From: Octopus vulgaris
Lineage: Eukaryota
DNA length: 64,000 bases
Direction of reading: 5' to 3'
NCBI GenBank assembly: GCA_951406725.2
Contig: OX597815.1
Span: 152,148,001-152,212,000 of the forward strand
Of this stretch, positions 1 through 14,578 are shown in pieces. Position 1 is the first letter of the stretch; the number at the start of each line of letters is the position of its first letter. Both the position numbers and the translations under genes were made by a program. The notes beneath the pieces are model-generated. The model searched no databases and was not told the DNA's origin. It saw only the letters and a program-made list of their open reading frames with translations.

Positions 1-7
1 GCCCATC

Positions 8-55
<48 letters not shown>

Positions 56-575
56 AACATTAAAAGCACATCCGAGCATGATTGTTGCCAGCGCCACAGA
101 TTGGCTCCTGTTCTGGTGACACATGAAAAGCATCATTCGAGCATGATTGTTGCCAGTGTCGCCTTACTAGCACATGTGCTGGTGGCATGTAAAAGCACCC
201 AGTACACTCTCAGAGTGGTTGGGATTAGGAAGGGCATCCAGCTGTAGAAACTTTGCCAGATCAGATTGATCCTGGTGCAGCCTCTGGCTCACCAGTCCTC
301 AGTCAAATCGTCCAACCCATGCCAGCATAGAAAGTGGACTTTAAACGATGATGATGATGATATGTATGTGTGTATATGTTTGTGTGTTAATGTTTGTCCT
401 CACAACATTGCTTGACAAATGATGCTGGTGTATTTAAGTCCCTGTAACTTAGCGGTTCAGCAAAAGAGACTGATATAATAAGTACTAGACTTACAAAGAA
501 TAAGTCCTGTTGTCAATTTGCTTGACTAAAGGCGGTGCTCCAGCATGGTCGCAGTCAGATGACTGAAACAAGGAA

Positions 576-625
<50 letters not shown>

Positions 626-628
<3 letters not shown>

Positions 629-1770
629 ACTTAGCAAAAAGGATCTGCACAATAGTGTCTGATAGAACAACCTGGGACCTTCGTCTTCAAGACCTCAAAA
701 CAACACTTATTGAAAGATAATATCCACCCTCTCTTATCGACGAGGGAATTAAACGTGCCAAACAATTAGACACCAAAACACTAAGAACAAAAAAACATAG
801 CACCACACCTCAAACCAAAACATTACTTTTTATATCAACACACAACCCCAGAAACAGTGAGGCATTCAACACTGTTGTGCAAACTCTCCCTTTACTAACT
901 AGAGATCCAAAAATGAACGACATCCTGAAAACACACAAACTCATCAAATGCAAAAAAACAAGACAAATCGCTAAAGAGACTACTAACAAATGCGAAGCTT
1001 TACAAAACAACCACGAAACCAACGGTTGAAAAATGTGGACGCCCAAACTGTGGAACCTGCCCCCACCAGCTTGAAGGCTCGGACTTCCTTTTCAAACAAG
1101 GACAGAGGTTCACAATTAAAACTAGTTTCACCTGTGCCTCTGAGAACCAAATTTATGTAATAACCTGCTCGGGTTCCAGTCATCAGTACATTGGACAAAC
1201 ATTTAATTTTGAGGAAGAGAATTACTCTGCATAAGGAGCAAATCCATTTCCCGCAATACAGACAAATCCCTCTTAGTGAACACAAAGAAAAATGTGCAGG
1301 TAACATCAAACCAAATTTTACAGTCTTCCCTTTCTACCAGTGCAAAGACACAATCTCTCAACTAGAACGCTTAAATAAAGAAACTTTTGTCATTGAAAAA
1401 TACAAAACGCGTCTGAATAAGCATGCATAACCAATTTTTATATTTTTACATATTACATCACTGTACATAAATCACCTACTAAACAAGGCCCCCTTTTTTT
1501 TAAACCTGTCTTCTTTCTGTACACATATTTTCCCCACCCAAAACCTAAACAGTTATCTCCCTTACACACAGCAATAACAATAATAACAACCAATTACCTC
1601 CCTTTACTTGTCAACTTGTAAAATTCCTTTTCCTATGTTTCTGACGAAGAGCTCTGCTCAAAACGTTAAATCCTCTTTCTTTCCTTCCTTTCCTGAGTGT
1701 TTAATAACACTATACTTGTTCCACGTCCTCGCGCTGTTGTGTTTTCTTTTTGTGTTTTCATGTTTGGATT
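626..1770 (+). mobile_element. Penelope-like retroelement 3' fragment (C-terminal RT region + GIY-YIG endonuclease) with terminal repeat
   Basis: Frameshifted translation ...KCGRPNCGTC...FTCASENQIYVITCSGSSHQYIGQT...LRKRITLH; hammerhead-like core CTGACGA...AAACGTTA at 1641-1668. Confidence 0.85.
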
Positions 1771-1859
1771 AACTATATATATATATGCTCAGGCGTGGCA
1801 TATAGTCACAGGGTGGCATATAGGTGCAGGTGTGGCATATAGGTGCAGGTGTGGCATAT

Positions 1860-2240
1860 AGGCATAGGCATGGCTGTGTGGTAAGAAGCTTGCTTCCCAA
1901 CCACATAGTTCTGGGTTCAGTCCCACTGTATGATACCTTGGACAAGTGTCTTCTACTATAGTCTTGGGCCGAATAAAGCTTTGTGAGTGGATTTGGTAGA
2001 TGGAAATGGAAGAAGCCCATTGTATGTATCTGTATATATATATGTGTGTTTGTATTTGTTCCCACTGTCACAGGTTGACAACCGGTGCTGGTGTGTTTAT
2101 GTTCCTATAACATTGCAGTTTGGCAAAATAGACTGATAGAATAGGTACCAAGCTTAAAAAGAAAATAAAAAAAAGTACATTCAACTATAAATTCTTCAAG
2201 ACAGTGCCCCAGCATGGCTACAGTCTAATAACTGAAACAA
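1860..2240 (+). mobile_element. tRNA-derived SINE (abundant cephalopod-type family)
   Basis: Head TGGCTGTGTGGTAAG...GGTTCAGTCCC; same family at 2420-2800(-), 7830-7995(-), 24280-24900(+), 27775-28160(-), 40890-41240(+). Confidence 0.85.
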
Positions 2241-2419
2241 TGGACTACTCAAGCAGGGGGTTGTTGGTTGAGACGTATCCAGGCATAGGTGGTTTATCAA
2301 ATATTTCCAGGAAGATTTGTCCTGGTACCATTTGAAAGTTGTGAAGTCTTTTTCTACTTTACATTCAGAATAACATTGAAAAGAGCCGTACATATGTTAC
2401 ATAGTATTTTCTGTTATTC

Positions 2420-2800
2420 TCTTTGTCAGTCATTTGTCTGCAGCCATGCTGGAGCACTACCTTTCGTGAAACAAATCAACCCCAGGACTTATTCTTTGTA
2501 AGCCTAGTACTTATTCTATAAGTTTCTTTTGGTGAACCGCCAAGTTACAGGGACATAAACACACCAGCATCGATAGTCAAGCAATCTTGGGGTGACAAAA
2601 ACAGACACACAAATACACACACACGCACACACACATATATATGACAGGCTTCTTTTAGTTTCCATCAACCAAATCCACTCACAAGGCTTTGGTCGGCCTG
2701 AAGCTATAGAAGACACTTGCCCAAGGTGCCTCAAAGTGGGATTAAACCTGGAACCATGTGGCTGGTAAGCAAGGTACTTACCATACAGCCACTCCTGCAC
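2420..2800 (-). mobile_element. tRNA-derived SINE, inverted relative to 1860-2240
   Basis: Reverse-complement match to the same family. Confidence 0.85.
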
Positions 2801-2837
2801 CTATATAAATATAATATATATACATATATATATATAC

Positions 2838-2912
<75 letters not shown>

Positions 2913-2973
2913 TGTGTGTGTGTGTGTTTGTGTTTGTATTCTATTAATGCTATTACCTTGTGCTGATAATTAT

Positions 2974-3005
<32 letters not shown>

Positions 3006-3025
3006 AAAAATGATTAGCAACGCAC

Positions 3026-3186
3026 CGCTTCTTTCACCAATTATTTCCGTGTTATGTTGATCAAGCCCCAAATTATGCAATGTCTGTGATGTATTCAGAA
3101 TATCACGAATATTCTGCTCAACTTGATCTTTGGTTTTGTTTTGTACTGCACAATTTATTGTAAATATTTCTTTATTTGATTGCATT
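3026..3186 (-). CDS. SEA-like domain exon 3 [53 protein letters not shown]
   Basis: 161 bp, TTTCAG/GTGCGT, phase 2-1. Confidence 0.82.
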
Positions 3187-6100
3187 CTGAAACAGGATTA
3201 AAAAATAAACATAATTAGTTTTACCAACGCTTGCAGGAATTTTAGTACATGCGACCCTACCAAGATGGTTAAAATAAGCTGGTCTTGTTTTAGTAACAGA
3301 AATCTAAGTTTTATTGTTATATAACACTAATGGTGAGCTGACAGCATCACTAGCATCTTGGGCGAAATACTTTGCAGTATTTTGCCCGGCTTTATGTTTT
3401 TAGTTCAAATTCTGCTGAGGTCAATTTTCCCTTTCATCCTTTTGAGACTTATAAAAAAAGGACCAGTTGAACACTAGGGTCTATGCTATCGATTTAACTA
3501 CTCCTGGTTATCAAGTATAAAAACTGTATCCCACTGCTAAGACATGTTGAGCCAGTGTTGCTGAGTAGGCTCATCAAACCACTATGATCTCAAGCTTAAA
3601 TTTACAGCCTTCACATCAGAATAAGCTTGGTGGAGAGAATACAATGAGGACTACAGTGGATTGAACATTGCCTATTGAATCCAATCCAATGACACTGACA
3701 ACTGAAAGTCCTTTCTAGTAAAGGCACAAGAAGTGAAATTTTTGGGGTGAGGGAGCCAGTTGATTAGAATGGCTCCAGTACGCAACTGGTACTTAATTTA
3801 TTGACTCCGAAAGGATGAAAAGCAAAGTCAACCTCAACTCAGAATGTAGTGGCAGACGGAATACCGCTAAGCACTTTGCCCAGCATGCTTACGATTCTGT
3901 CAGCTCACAGCCCTGACAACTGAAAGTCCTGACAGGCCTTTATCTGCTGATAATGAAAGCCACTTTAACAAGACTGATATGTGTCAACCAGGACTTCTCA
4001 ATTTAACTTTGGTATAGCCACTATCTCAGACAAAAAAAGAAGTATCCTAAATTGCAGGAAGGGATCACTCGGCTAATTAGCAGAAAGTCACTTGCAGACA
4101 TATTCTAGCCTCTGTGTACTTTCCTTTTTCTGCCTTTCTACTGCTGCTTGAATAAAGTTTTCTCATTGGAGATGGCTGGACTCATGCCACCATCATTCAA
4201 CCATTTTTCTCCCATTTGTCCCCCCCACACACACACACATTCATCACCTTTGTTGTTTACAATCCTCCAGGTCATGAGCTAATCAATACACCCAACCCTT
4301 CCTTCCTAGAACGACCCTGTAATTTCCTCCCTCCTCATGTCTTTGCTGCACTCATTGACTTGAAAATAGCATCAAACTCACCAGCTCAGGAAGGCATACA
4401 AATCTCAATGGCTCTACTCACCTTCTCTCAGATTTAGTAAGTTAAAAAAACCTACAAAAACTACACCCCTTATTTTTCGAGCACTATCCAGAGTATTCAA
4501 GCAGTTCCAAGCAGTGCTGTTTTCTCTAAGTGCTCCACCCTTATTGCAGCCTCTATTTGTTCCATGTACTTCTCAAGATTTTTACTCACTGTTCCCAGGG
4601 CTCCAACAATTATTGGTACCACTACCACCTTTTTCAGCGACCACAACTGCTTAACATCCCAAGCTAAACTGTTATATCTATCGACTTTTATTTCTTCCTT
4701 ATTGCATACCTTGTTGTCAGCTGGACATACTATATCTATGATCCAGCATTGTTTGCTTTCTTTCTTAATTAAAACTATGTATGGTTTCTTATTCACATTA
4801 TTATTATTATCATTCAGTAGTCTTATTTTTATCCCGTGCTTTCATTGCACAACCGAGCGCAGCTCTGTGTGCCTTGGGTATGTGCTATGGTTTGTTGTGA
4901 TGCTCTTATGGTTACTGTATTGAAAGTGTTTTATGTAGGATGTATGCAGTGCCTAGTAGTGCTATTTTTTGTATGTTATATATATTTGTTAGTCCTGGTG
5001 TTTTTATTATATATTTGTCTGAATATTTTTAGCATACCTAATGTACCTATTATGACAGGAATTGTTACTGTTTTAAGACTCCTCATTCAAGTTACCACTA
5101 TTTCCAGGTCTTTGTATTTTAAAAGTTTTTCCGTTTCTTTTTGAGAAACATTATCATCTGTTGGTATTGATACATCAATTAGAAAGCATTTTTTTCTTCG
5201 TGATCTCTGACAACTATATCTGGCCTGTTGGCCTTAATTTCTCTATCTGTGTGTATTGGCATATCCCACAGTATGGTTGCTTTCTCATTTTCTCTGACCT
5301 TTTCCTACGTATGCCTATACCATCTTTTTTCTGCTGTTATTCCATAGTGTTGATAAAGCTTCCTGTGTATATAGGTACCAACTCTGTCGTGTCTGGGAAT
5401 ATATTCCTTCTTAGCCAGGACTGGGCAGCCAGAGACAATATGGTTTATTGTTTCTTATCCATCACCACATATTCTGCAGTTACTTGTTATGTTTCTTTCA
5501 TAATACGTTTTTGGTAATTTCTGGTGGTGAGGCTTTGGTTTTGTATTGCAATTAAACAACTGAGCTTCTCAGCCATTGTTGGGATTTTGCTTTGCCTATT
5601 TCTTTTGTGTTTAGTTTAATCCAGTATTTGCCATAAAGGGGCTTTTCTTATCATCGTTTTATCATGATCCATTGCTGTTCCAGTTTTAGTTTAGATTTCA
5701 TTTGTTTTACAGCTCTTGTTGTTTCTTCTTTTTCTTCATTGTTGTTGGGTACTATGACTTCTTTTTTGCATTTATCAGCTTCCCTACAGACTAAAAACAG
5801 TTTTTTGCTTTGTTCATGCTTTCTGGCTATTTGCATTAGTTTTCCTTGCTTCTGAAGTAGGTATTTTTGTAGACCTATGGTGGTTATTTTGTAATAGTTT
5901 TCTAGCTGCATAAGACCTCTGCCACCTTTTATACATTGTATATATAACCTTTCTATGTCAGATTTACGGTGGTGCATCCTAAGTCCTGTCATTATTTTTC
6001 TTATTTTCCTGTCTATTTTGATTAGTTCATTTAGTGTCCAGTTTAGGATATTGTAGCTGTAACTTATAATTGGGATGGCTAGAGTGTTGATACCTATTAT

Positions 6101-6945
6101 CTTGTTTTTCGTCTATAGTATTCTTTTTTTATATCTTCTCTTTCTTTTGTGTATGTTGTGTGTATTCATTGATTCCTAAGTATTATTTCATTTACTTTAT
6201 CTAGTATGATGTTGCTACTCTTCACTAGTTTTCCTCATTTCAAGGTTGCTTTGGCACATTTTTTTCTAAGCCAAATTTCATGTATATTTCTTTGATAAAT
6301 CCATGTACTGTCTGTAGTAATGCTTCCAGCTGTTTAGCATGTCAGACAAAGGTGTCAGTGCCAAGCAGAAAAGGAGTGGAGAGAGTGTGTCTCTCTGGAA
6401 TATCCCTCTTCTAATGGGTACGGCCTTGATTTTTATGAGTCCCTCTTTTATCTGGAGCTGTAGCAATGTCTGCCATTTATTCATGGAATGTGTTATATAT
6501 TTTATGATTATTGCTGCTACCTTGTTCATGGCTAGTGTTTCTAGGATCCATGTGTTGGGAATACTATGAAAAGCCTTTTGATAATCGATCCAGGCCATAC
6601 TTAGACCCTTCTTCTTTCTGTGACTGTCTTCAGTTATGGTTTTATTGATCATTAGCTGATCTTTACAGCCATATGAGCCCTTGCAGCATCCCTTCTGCTC
6701 TTCTGGAAACAGTTTGTTTTCTTCCAAATGCTTGCTCATCATCAGCGATTTTATTGCAGTAAAGGCTTTGTAAATTGTAGGGAGACAAGTTATTGGTCTG
6801 TAATTTTGTGGGTTTGCCGTTTCAGTGGATTTAGGAATTAGGGTAGTTTTCCATTCTGTGAGCCATTCAGGCATTGTCTCTGGCTCTGCTAGTATGTCAT
6901 TAAATTTCTCAACCAGCTTTCTATGTGTTCCTGTCAGATATTTTA

Positions 6946-6994
<49 letters not shown>

Positions 6995-9900
6995 CCATAG
7001 TAGTCGTTGTCATCATCGTCATAGTTGTAGTAGTAATAGTAGTTGTAGTATTAGTGGTGGTAGTGGTGGTGGTGGTGGTGGTAGTAGTAGTAGTAGAAGA
7101 CTGCAAGCTGGATGATTCGTTTGCATGCTAGACACAATGTTTTGCAACATTTTATCCATCTTTGCATTCTGAGTTTATATTCCTCCGAGGTTGATTTTAT
7201 CTTTCATTCTTTCAGAATCAAAAAAATAAGTGCCAGTTAAATACAGGGGTTTAATGTAATCGACTTATCTCCCAACCCAAATTTGCTGGCCTTGTGCCAA
7301 AATTTGAAACCGACATTATTATAATTATTATCAAGAGGGAAGTACTGTCCTCCAGTGAGTGTAATGAGAGGTGGGTGAAAGTAGCGAAAATGGCATGAGT
7401 GGATGGTACCTCTCTAAGAGTAGCTCTGTGAGTCAGAGAAGGGAAACCCTAACCCTTGGTGTCCAGTGGGGTTCCTTGATTATCCCTAGAGGATTATCCT
7501 TGTTCAGGACTGCTTATGTTCTGTAGAATAGTTAATGATATTAATAACAATAAAGAGAACGGAGATTTTTCACATCCATAATTTCACTTAACATCTATTT
7601 ACAGCATATTTTCTGGACCTGCACATGTTTCAACTGCAGCAACTGCACACTGTTGGATATGCAAGCTAACATCATGGTCGGTGCAGTTTCATCAGGGTCT
7701 TTCATGAGTGTGAAAAATCTCCATTCTCCTTATCATTATTAATATGATATATATATATATATATATGTATATATAAAATACATTGAGTATAGGACAGCAC
7801 CAATAAGTGAAAAACACGTAAACACATAATGAGAAAGGCTTCTTTCAGTTTCAATTCACCAAATACATTCCCAAGGCTTTGGCTGGCAAGAGCTAATAGA
7901 AGAAAGCACTCGCTCAAAGTGCCACACAAAAGGACTGAACCTGGAACCATACGGTTGAGAAGAAAACTTTTTACACACAGCCATTCCTGCACCTACTAGG
8001 AAATTTTACAGTATCTTTGAACAGCTGCATTTTCTGCATTTCTGTCTGTTTGTCTGTCTATCTGTCTGTCTGTCTATCTGTCTGTCTGTCTATCTGTCTG
8101 TTTATCTCTCTATCTCTCTATCTATCTATCACCTACAGAAAAGATTGAGAAGTACCTCGCTTCTGTGTGGAAATTCCGAAATTATGTGAATTGGGGGTGT
8201 AAATTTGCTACCATGCAAGTTTGCTTCCATATGGAAGAACTAGCAAAAAAGTTGTCAACGCTTACTCTGCACACAGACCATGTAACAATGGTACCTAGCT
8301 ACCTTGGTTGCAGAGTAACGAAAATAACAATAAACAATGTGCCTCCAGAAGTAGATACCCAGTGGCTGGAATCGGCCATATGCTTCGATATAGAAGAAGC
8401 AGATATTTTAGAAATCGCCGACATTCCAGAGGAAAGCTGGACTGGTAAAAAGCTCAAAATATTGCTTCAAATCTCCCAAGAAGCAATAAACAATTTACAA
8501 ACCAGTGTTCAACTGGCAAAAGATAAAAATTGGATGCAGTGGTGGAGGGCAGGAGGCCAAGATGCTATTTGTGCAACAGTGAGGCACATCTCAGATATGA
8601 CTGCCCAACTGCTGCCAGAAATAGGCAACAGCAACAGCAACCACTCCCAAAACCTGGAAGAAAACCCCTGCTACCCACACCACCTTCAACCCAAAAGACA
8701 GGAAAAACAGCAGACGATGCAAAAACTGTTTCCTCCTCACCAACCACATCACCAAGAAGAGAAACAACACCATCACAATTACTTTCGACATCGCAACCAA
8801 CTAAAGAAACACCACCACCACCAACATCAAAATACAGACCAAGACCAACACCAGCACCAAGAACAACAACCAAGAAAACAAATAACAATGGCGAAAAGAC
8901 AAATTCTGCCCCTAATACCCCAACAACACAAACACTACACAAAACAATAACACCTTCTACAAACACACATATAGACGCAAACGCTTTGCCTTTACCCCCT
9001 TCTGATTCGTTAGACTTTTCGTCTAACGACGAACGTTCGTCAGAATGGCAAATAGCCACCGGGGGTAAAAGAAAAAGATAAAAAAAACAAGAAAATGCAA
9101 CCAAAGCAGGGAGATATCTGAACCCTGAAAGCTTCTTACACAACCAAACCAGCACCAACACCACAAAAACACACACAATGCTATCAGCGATAGATGCCAA
9201 ATCTCAAAACTAATGGAGTACATCACAGCCCACACAAACATCTGTGAAGATGACTTCAAAACTAACAACCATCCACGCACTACACCGCTCAACCACATCA
9301 AAATACTACACATCACACAAACACAATACCACACACTCAAAGCCCTCTTTCCAAATGTGGTGGTGGGGGTGGGGGTTTCCAAAAGTATCTATGGAAAAAA
9401 TTCTATAAAAACCTCCTCCAAGACACATCAAAGGACAAGGAAGCCAAAACTTTCGACAAAAGCAAGTAACTCTCTGTACCTTCCTTTTTGTGTTTTAAAG
9501 CACATACCTCAATAGGATCATGGTCAAGATTGGTTGTGTGAATGCGCGTGGCTTGGGTCTCCTTGGAAACAAGGGTATCTCTTAAACGACATAAAGTCAC
9601 ACGATTTGGGAATCATCGCCATAAGTGAGACCAGACTCCACGAACCACGGGCCTTAAAGTCCATGTTTGGCGGACAGTTTAACATTTATTTTTATCCCTG
9701 TCTGCCGAGGATGGGTGGTAGTGGCACCGCGGTACTTTTTCACAAGAGCCTGGATCTCGAAGTCAAGACAATATTTGTAGACCCGGAGGGTAGACTGGTC
9801 ATCCTGGATGTCGACGGCAGCAATGGGTGCGCTTTTCGACTCGTATCAGTCTACTCACCGCCTTTAACAGGTCGGCCGGATTTCTTTCGACGTCTAGAAG

Positions 9901-12900
9901 TATTCCTGGGAATGTCTCGTCCTTTACTTTTAGTGGGAGATTGGAATGCTACCTCGGACGCGCATCTAGACTCTGTGGGGAGAGACAAAAACAGAAGGGG
10001 ATGCAAATGCCTCAGAGACCGGCTCAGACGTTTCCAACTATCTGACAGATACCGACTCGACCACCCAAATGCACCAACGTGGACATGGAGCAACCGCAGT
10101 GGGTCGTCGAGATCGTATCTAGATAGGATACTGTGTAGGACAGTAGACAGGGATAATTTAGGATGTCCACAATTCCACACAGTCAGCTACACGGATCACA
10201 AATTCGTGACGTGTATGCTAGACTTAGATAAGGCACATAGACAGGGTCCAGGTTATTGGAAACTAAACGCATCTTTCCCGGCCAGACAGGTTTTCAGAGA
10301 CAGAATCAATACGTTAGTAAAGAGGGCTTTAACGGGAGCCATTGTCAACAACAAATGGTGGTTTGCTCTCAAGAGAGCAGTAAAAGTGGAAGTAATTAGA
10401 TATAGCAAGGCACTAGCCGTAGAAAGAAATAGAGTAGAGGGTGAGTTAGTTAAGAAGTTAGAAGAGACAATAAGAAGCGGCATCACATCCAACGTTTTAG
10501 CGGCGAGGTTGGCCCTCAACCAACACTTCAACACCAAACACGAAGGGTGTGCTGTCAGAGCTAGGATGCGTGCTCTAAGCATGGAAGGTGATGGAGCCAC
10601 GAGAGAGGCCCGGGTGGCGGAGGCGCAGCAGGGCAACAAAGCCATCATTCGGTCTCTGGTAGACGAACAAGGGCGTGAATTGCTCGAGCCCAGCAAGATG
10701 TGCGAGGCATTTCAGCGGCACTTTGCCCGACTGTTCGGGACGCGTGGCGAGCGTGAACGCAGGGTGGACATCAGTGCCTACATGCACAGCCTACCACGAC
10801 TCTTGGCAAGAGAGGCAGAGTGATGCGAAGGTGCCATCACGGCGGTGGATGTGCGGGACGCAATGGCAGAATGCTCGAGAGACAAATCACCGGGTTTGGA
10901 TGGTCTGCCCTACGAGTTTTACAATTGTATGCCAGACTTGTTTGGAGACGTCTTGGCGGTGGTATACTGCAACTGGCAGCAAAATGGGAGCATACCCGGT
11001 TCTGTGAGTCGAGGAGCCGTAACGCTGCTGAAGAAAGATCCAAACAAGGGGGACATTATAGATGACTTTTGGCCCATCACTCTGCTGAATGCAGACTTGA
11101 AAATTTTGACCAAGGTGTTAGCCAAGAGGTTGGCGCTTGTCATCGTGAAACTGGTCGACAAGGCGCAAACGTGCGCCGTGCTGCGCCAGAGCATCCATGA
11201 CAACCTCCATCTGATGAACTACATCATAGACAGAGTAGTTAAGAACCTGGCATGGACGGGGCCCTGATCAATTTGGATCGATCGAAAGCTTTCGATAGGG
11301 TAGATCATCGATACTTGGAGGCAGTCCTGAGAGCGGCTGGTTTCGGTCCCATCTTCCGCGGCTGGATAGCTGCTTTGTACAGAGTTATCCGTTCGGTAAT
11401 TCGTGTAAATGGACATCTATCGAGACCTTTCGACATTGCACGTTCGGTCCATCTGAGATGCCCCCTCTCGTCGCTTCTATACGTATTGACTCTCGAGACT
11501 CTACTGCGGAAGCTGGCGACATTGAGGGGCATCCCACGAGAATTGGGATGCGGGACGAGAGTGTCTGCATATGAGGACGACGTCACCGTCATAGTGTCAA
11601 GCCACGAGCACATCAAGCTGGTCGGCGAGACACTGAAAGACTACGAAGCGGTGACAGGAGCGAAAATCAACTGGGAAAAGTCAGTGGGCTTGCGGCTCGG
11701 CACCTGGAGAAGCAAGCCCATGCTGTCCACCAGCCCCTCCGTCGTTGGACGCTGGATGGACTGCCCAGTCGAGTTGCTCGGGTTCTGGTTCGGTCCGGAC
11801 CTCCAAATGGAGAAGAACTAGAACGAGATAACGAGTAGGGTGGTCACTCTCGCCCGGCAATGGTCCGAGAAAAAACTGTCCCTAAAAGGTCGGGCGCAGG
11901 TGGCAAACACGTACATCGCGTCCATCATCTACTACCGTCTGACCGTCATACCTTGTTCCGACCCTACCATCACCAAACTAGAATGCATTCTCTTCCGCTT
12001 CATGTGGAAAGGATGCGTCCCGATGGTCAGGCGATCCATTTGCTGTCAACAACCATTAAAAGGAGGGCTGGGCATGCCATCGTTGATGATGTGCAGACAC
12101 GCACAGAGACTGCGACATCTCCAGCTCTATGTAGATGACGGTGGACAGGTGTCGTCGCCGTTTGTGAAGCACGCCTTCCCGCAGCTCGTCTCCATGACTG
12201 AACTGCAGTCGTGGATCAAAAAGAGGCTGAGGAAGGGCGAATGGCACCACGAGTGTCGCGTTGCTCTCAAGCAACTATGCTTCAACACAACCCAAGCATT
12301 CTACAGGGGATAAGTGGAGGGGAGGTACGACGACGATCTTGGGGCGAACCTGGGCGTCGAGGGGGAATACCTGACCCGCTTGTTTGAGACGACTTTCGGG
12401 CCGTGACCTATGGACAACTTCTAGAGATCCCTGGCCTGGCAGTGCTACCGAGAAGCGCTACCCGTTCAGGATAAGCTCTATAGGCATGGCTCGAGAAACA
12501 CGGGGCCGACCTGCCCGAGATGCGGTCAGAGCGATGAAACCGTTCAGCACGCAATCGTGCAGAGTCCAACATGTGGGCTTATGTCGAACGACTGCTGTCA
12601 TGTGCGGGACGTGTCGGTTTATCAGCTGAGTCTATCATTAATATTGTCACGCCTCCTTTCTTCAAACAGGAAGGAAGAGCTATTTTTATCATACTTGTGG
12701 CTATGGCGAAAGAATGTATCTAGTGGACGCGCCTGAAAGGATTAGAGACAAACACTTTCCTCTCTGGTCAATCTCTCATCAACTTCTTCAAGTATCACTT
12801 GAAAAGGAAAGTGAGGGTAGAGAGGCAAGGTTTGTCTAGTAAATGTTTTAAAAAAGATGGGTAAATGTAGCAAGGATGGCACGTATGAATGACGAAGCCA

Positions 12901-13244
12901 CCTTGAATATGATCCTATGAACGGTAAAAATTAATATAGAGAGTTGCTTATTTGTAAAAAAAATATAACATGTAACTTCTTTTCCGTAGGCTTTTCTTTC
13001 CATGGGTAAACCTCACCTGTCTTCCCCTTTACACTTTATATTGACATTTCTGTGATAATGATCCCTATTGATCGATATTTTCTTTTTCCTTTTATTTTTC
13101 CACCTTTTTTTTTTGCTTTCCTCTTTCCATTTACGATCACTTTTGATCAAAAACCAACCCCCCCTTTTTTATCCCCAAAAAGAAAAGCTCTACCTTGTAA
13201 TTTGTCCCGTCTGTGTGCAGCCCTGTGTGGCTAATAAAGAAACA

Positions 13245-13306
<62 letters not shown>

Positions 13307-14547
13307 CCTACCTACCTATCTATCTATCTATCTATCTATCTATCACCAGCTCTATGTAGACGACGGTGAACAAGTGTGGTCGCTGTTTGTGAGGCACGCT
13401 TTCCCGCAACTCGTCTCCATGACCGAACTGTAGTCATGGATCAAAAAGAGGCCAGGGAAGGGTGAATGGCACCGCGAGTGTCGCGTTGCTCTCAAGCAAC
13501 TATGCTGTCCTGGGTCGACCTTGAGTGACTTCAACACACCCAAAGCATTCTATAGGGGATTAGTTGAGGGGAGGTACGACGATGAGCTCGGGGCAAACCT
13601 GAATATCGACGAGCTCAGGGCAAACCTGGACGTCGACGAGGAATACCTGACCCGCCTGTTCAGGATGACTCTCGGACCTGGACCTATGGACAACTTCCAG
13701 AGATCCCTGGCCTGGCAGTGCTACCGAGAAGTGCTACCCATTCGGGATAAGCTCTACAGACACGGCTTCAGAAACACGGGGCCAACCTGTGCGAGTTGTG
13801 GTCAGAGCGATGAAACCGTTCTGCATGCACTCGTGCAGTGTCTAACAATTTCTGACCTGTGGGCTTATGTCGAACGACTGCTGTTACGTGTGGGATGAGT
13901 CGGTCTTTTAGCCGAGTCTATCGTCAATATTGTCACACTGCCTTCCCTCAAACAGGAAGAAAGAGCTATTTTCATAATTCTTGTGGCTGTGGCGAAAGAA
14001 TGTATCTGGTGAACACGTCTGAAAGGATTGGAGACAAACACTTTCCTCTTTGGTCAATCTCTCATTAACTTCTTCAAGTATCACTTGAAAAGCAAAGTGA
14101 GAGTAGAGAGGCAAATTTTGTCTAGTGAATGTTTCAAAAAAAGATGGGTGAATGAAGCAAGGATGGCACGTATGAATGACGAAGCCATCTTGAGCATAAT
14201 CCTATGAACCCAGAAAAATTTAAAACATAGGGTTACCGAAGTTACAGTGGTCTTTTCTGTAGGGTTTTCTTTCCACGGATAAACCTCACCTGTCTTCCCC
14301 CTTTACACTTTACATCATGATATTTCTGTGGTACACGATCCCTATTGATCGTTTTCTTTTTCTTTCTTCTTTCCCTTTTACGATCACTTTTGATTGAAAA
14401 CCTCCCCCCCCCCCAAGAAAAGCTCTACTTTGTAATCTGTCCCGTCTGTGTGCACCCCTGTGTGACTAATAAGGAAACATATTTATTTATCTGTCTATCT
14501 ATCTATTTATCTATCTATTTATGTATGTATGTATGTATGTATGTATC

Positions 14548-14578
<31 letters not shown>

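Noticed and set aside
2196-2393. ORF with ECKVEKDFTTFKWYQDKSSW...C as a possible next exon after the SEA-like domain
   Set aside because: A phase-compatible AG exists, but there is no good polypyrimidine tract or convincing donor and no clear domain motif; it lies between two SINEs.
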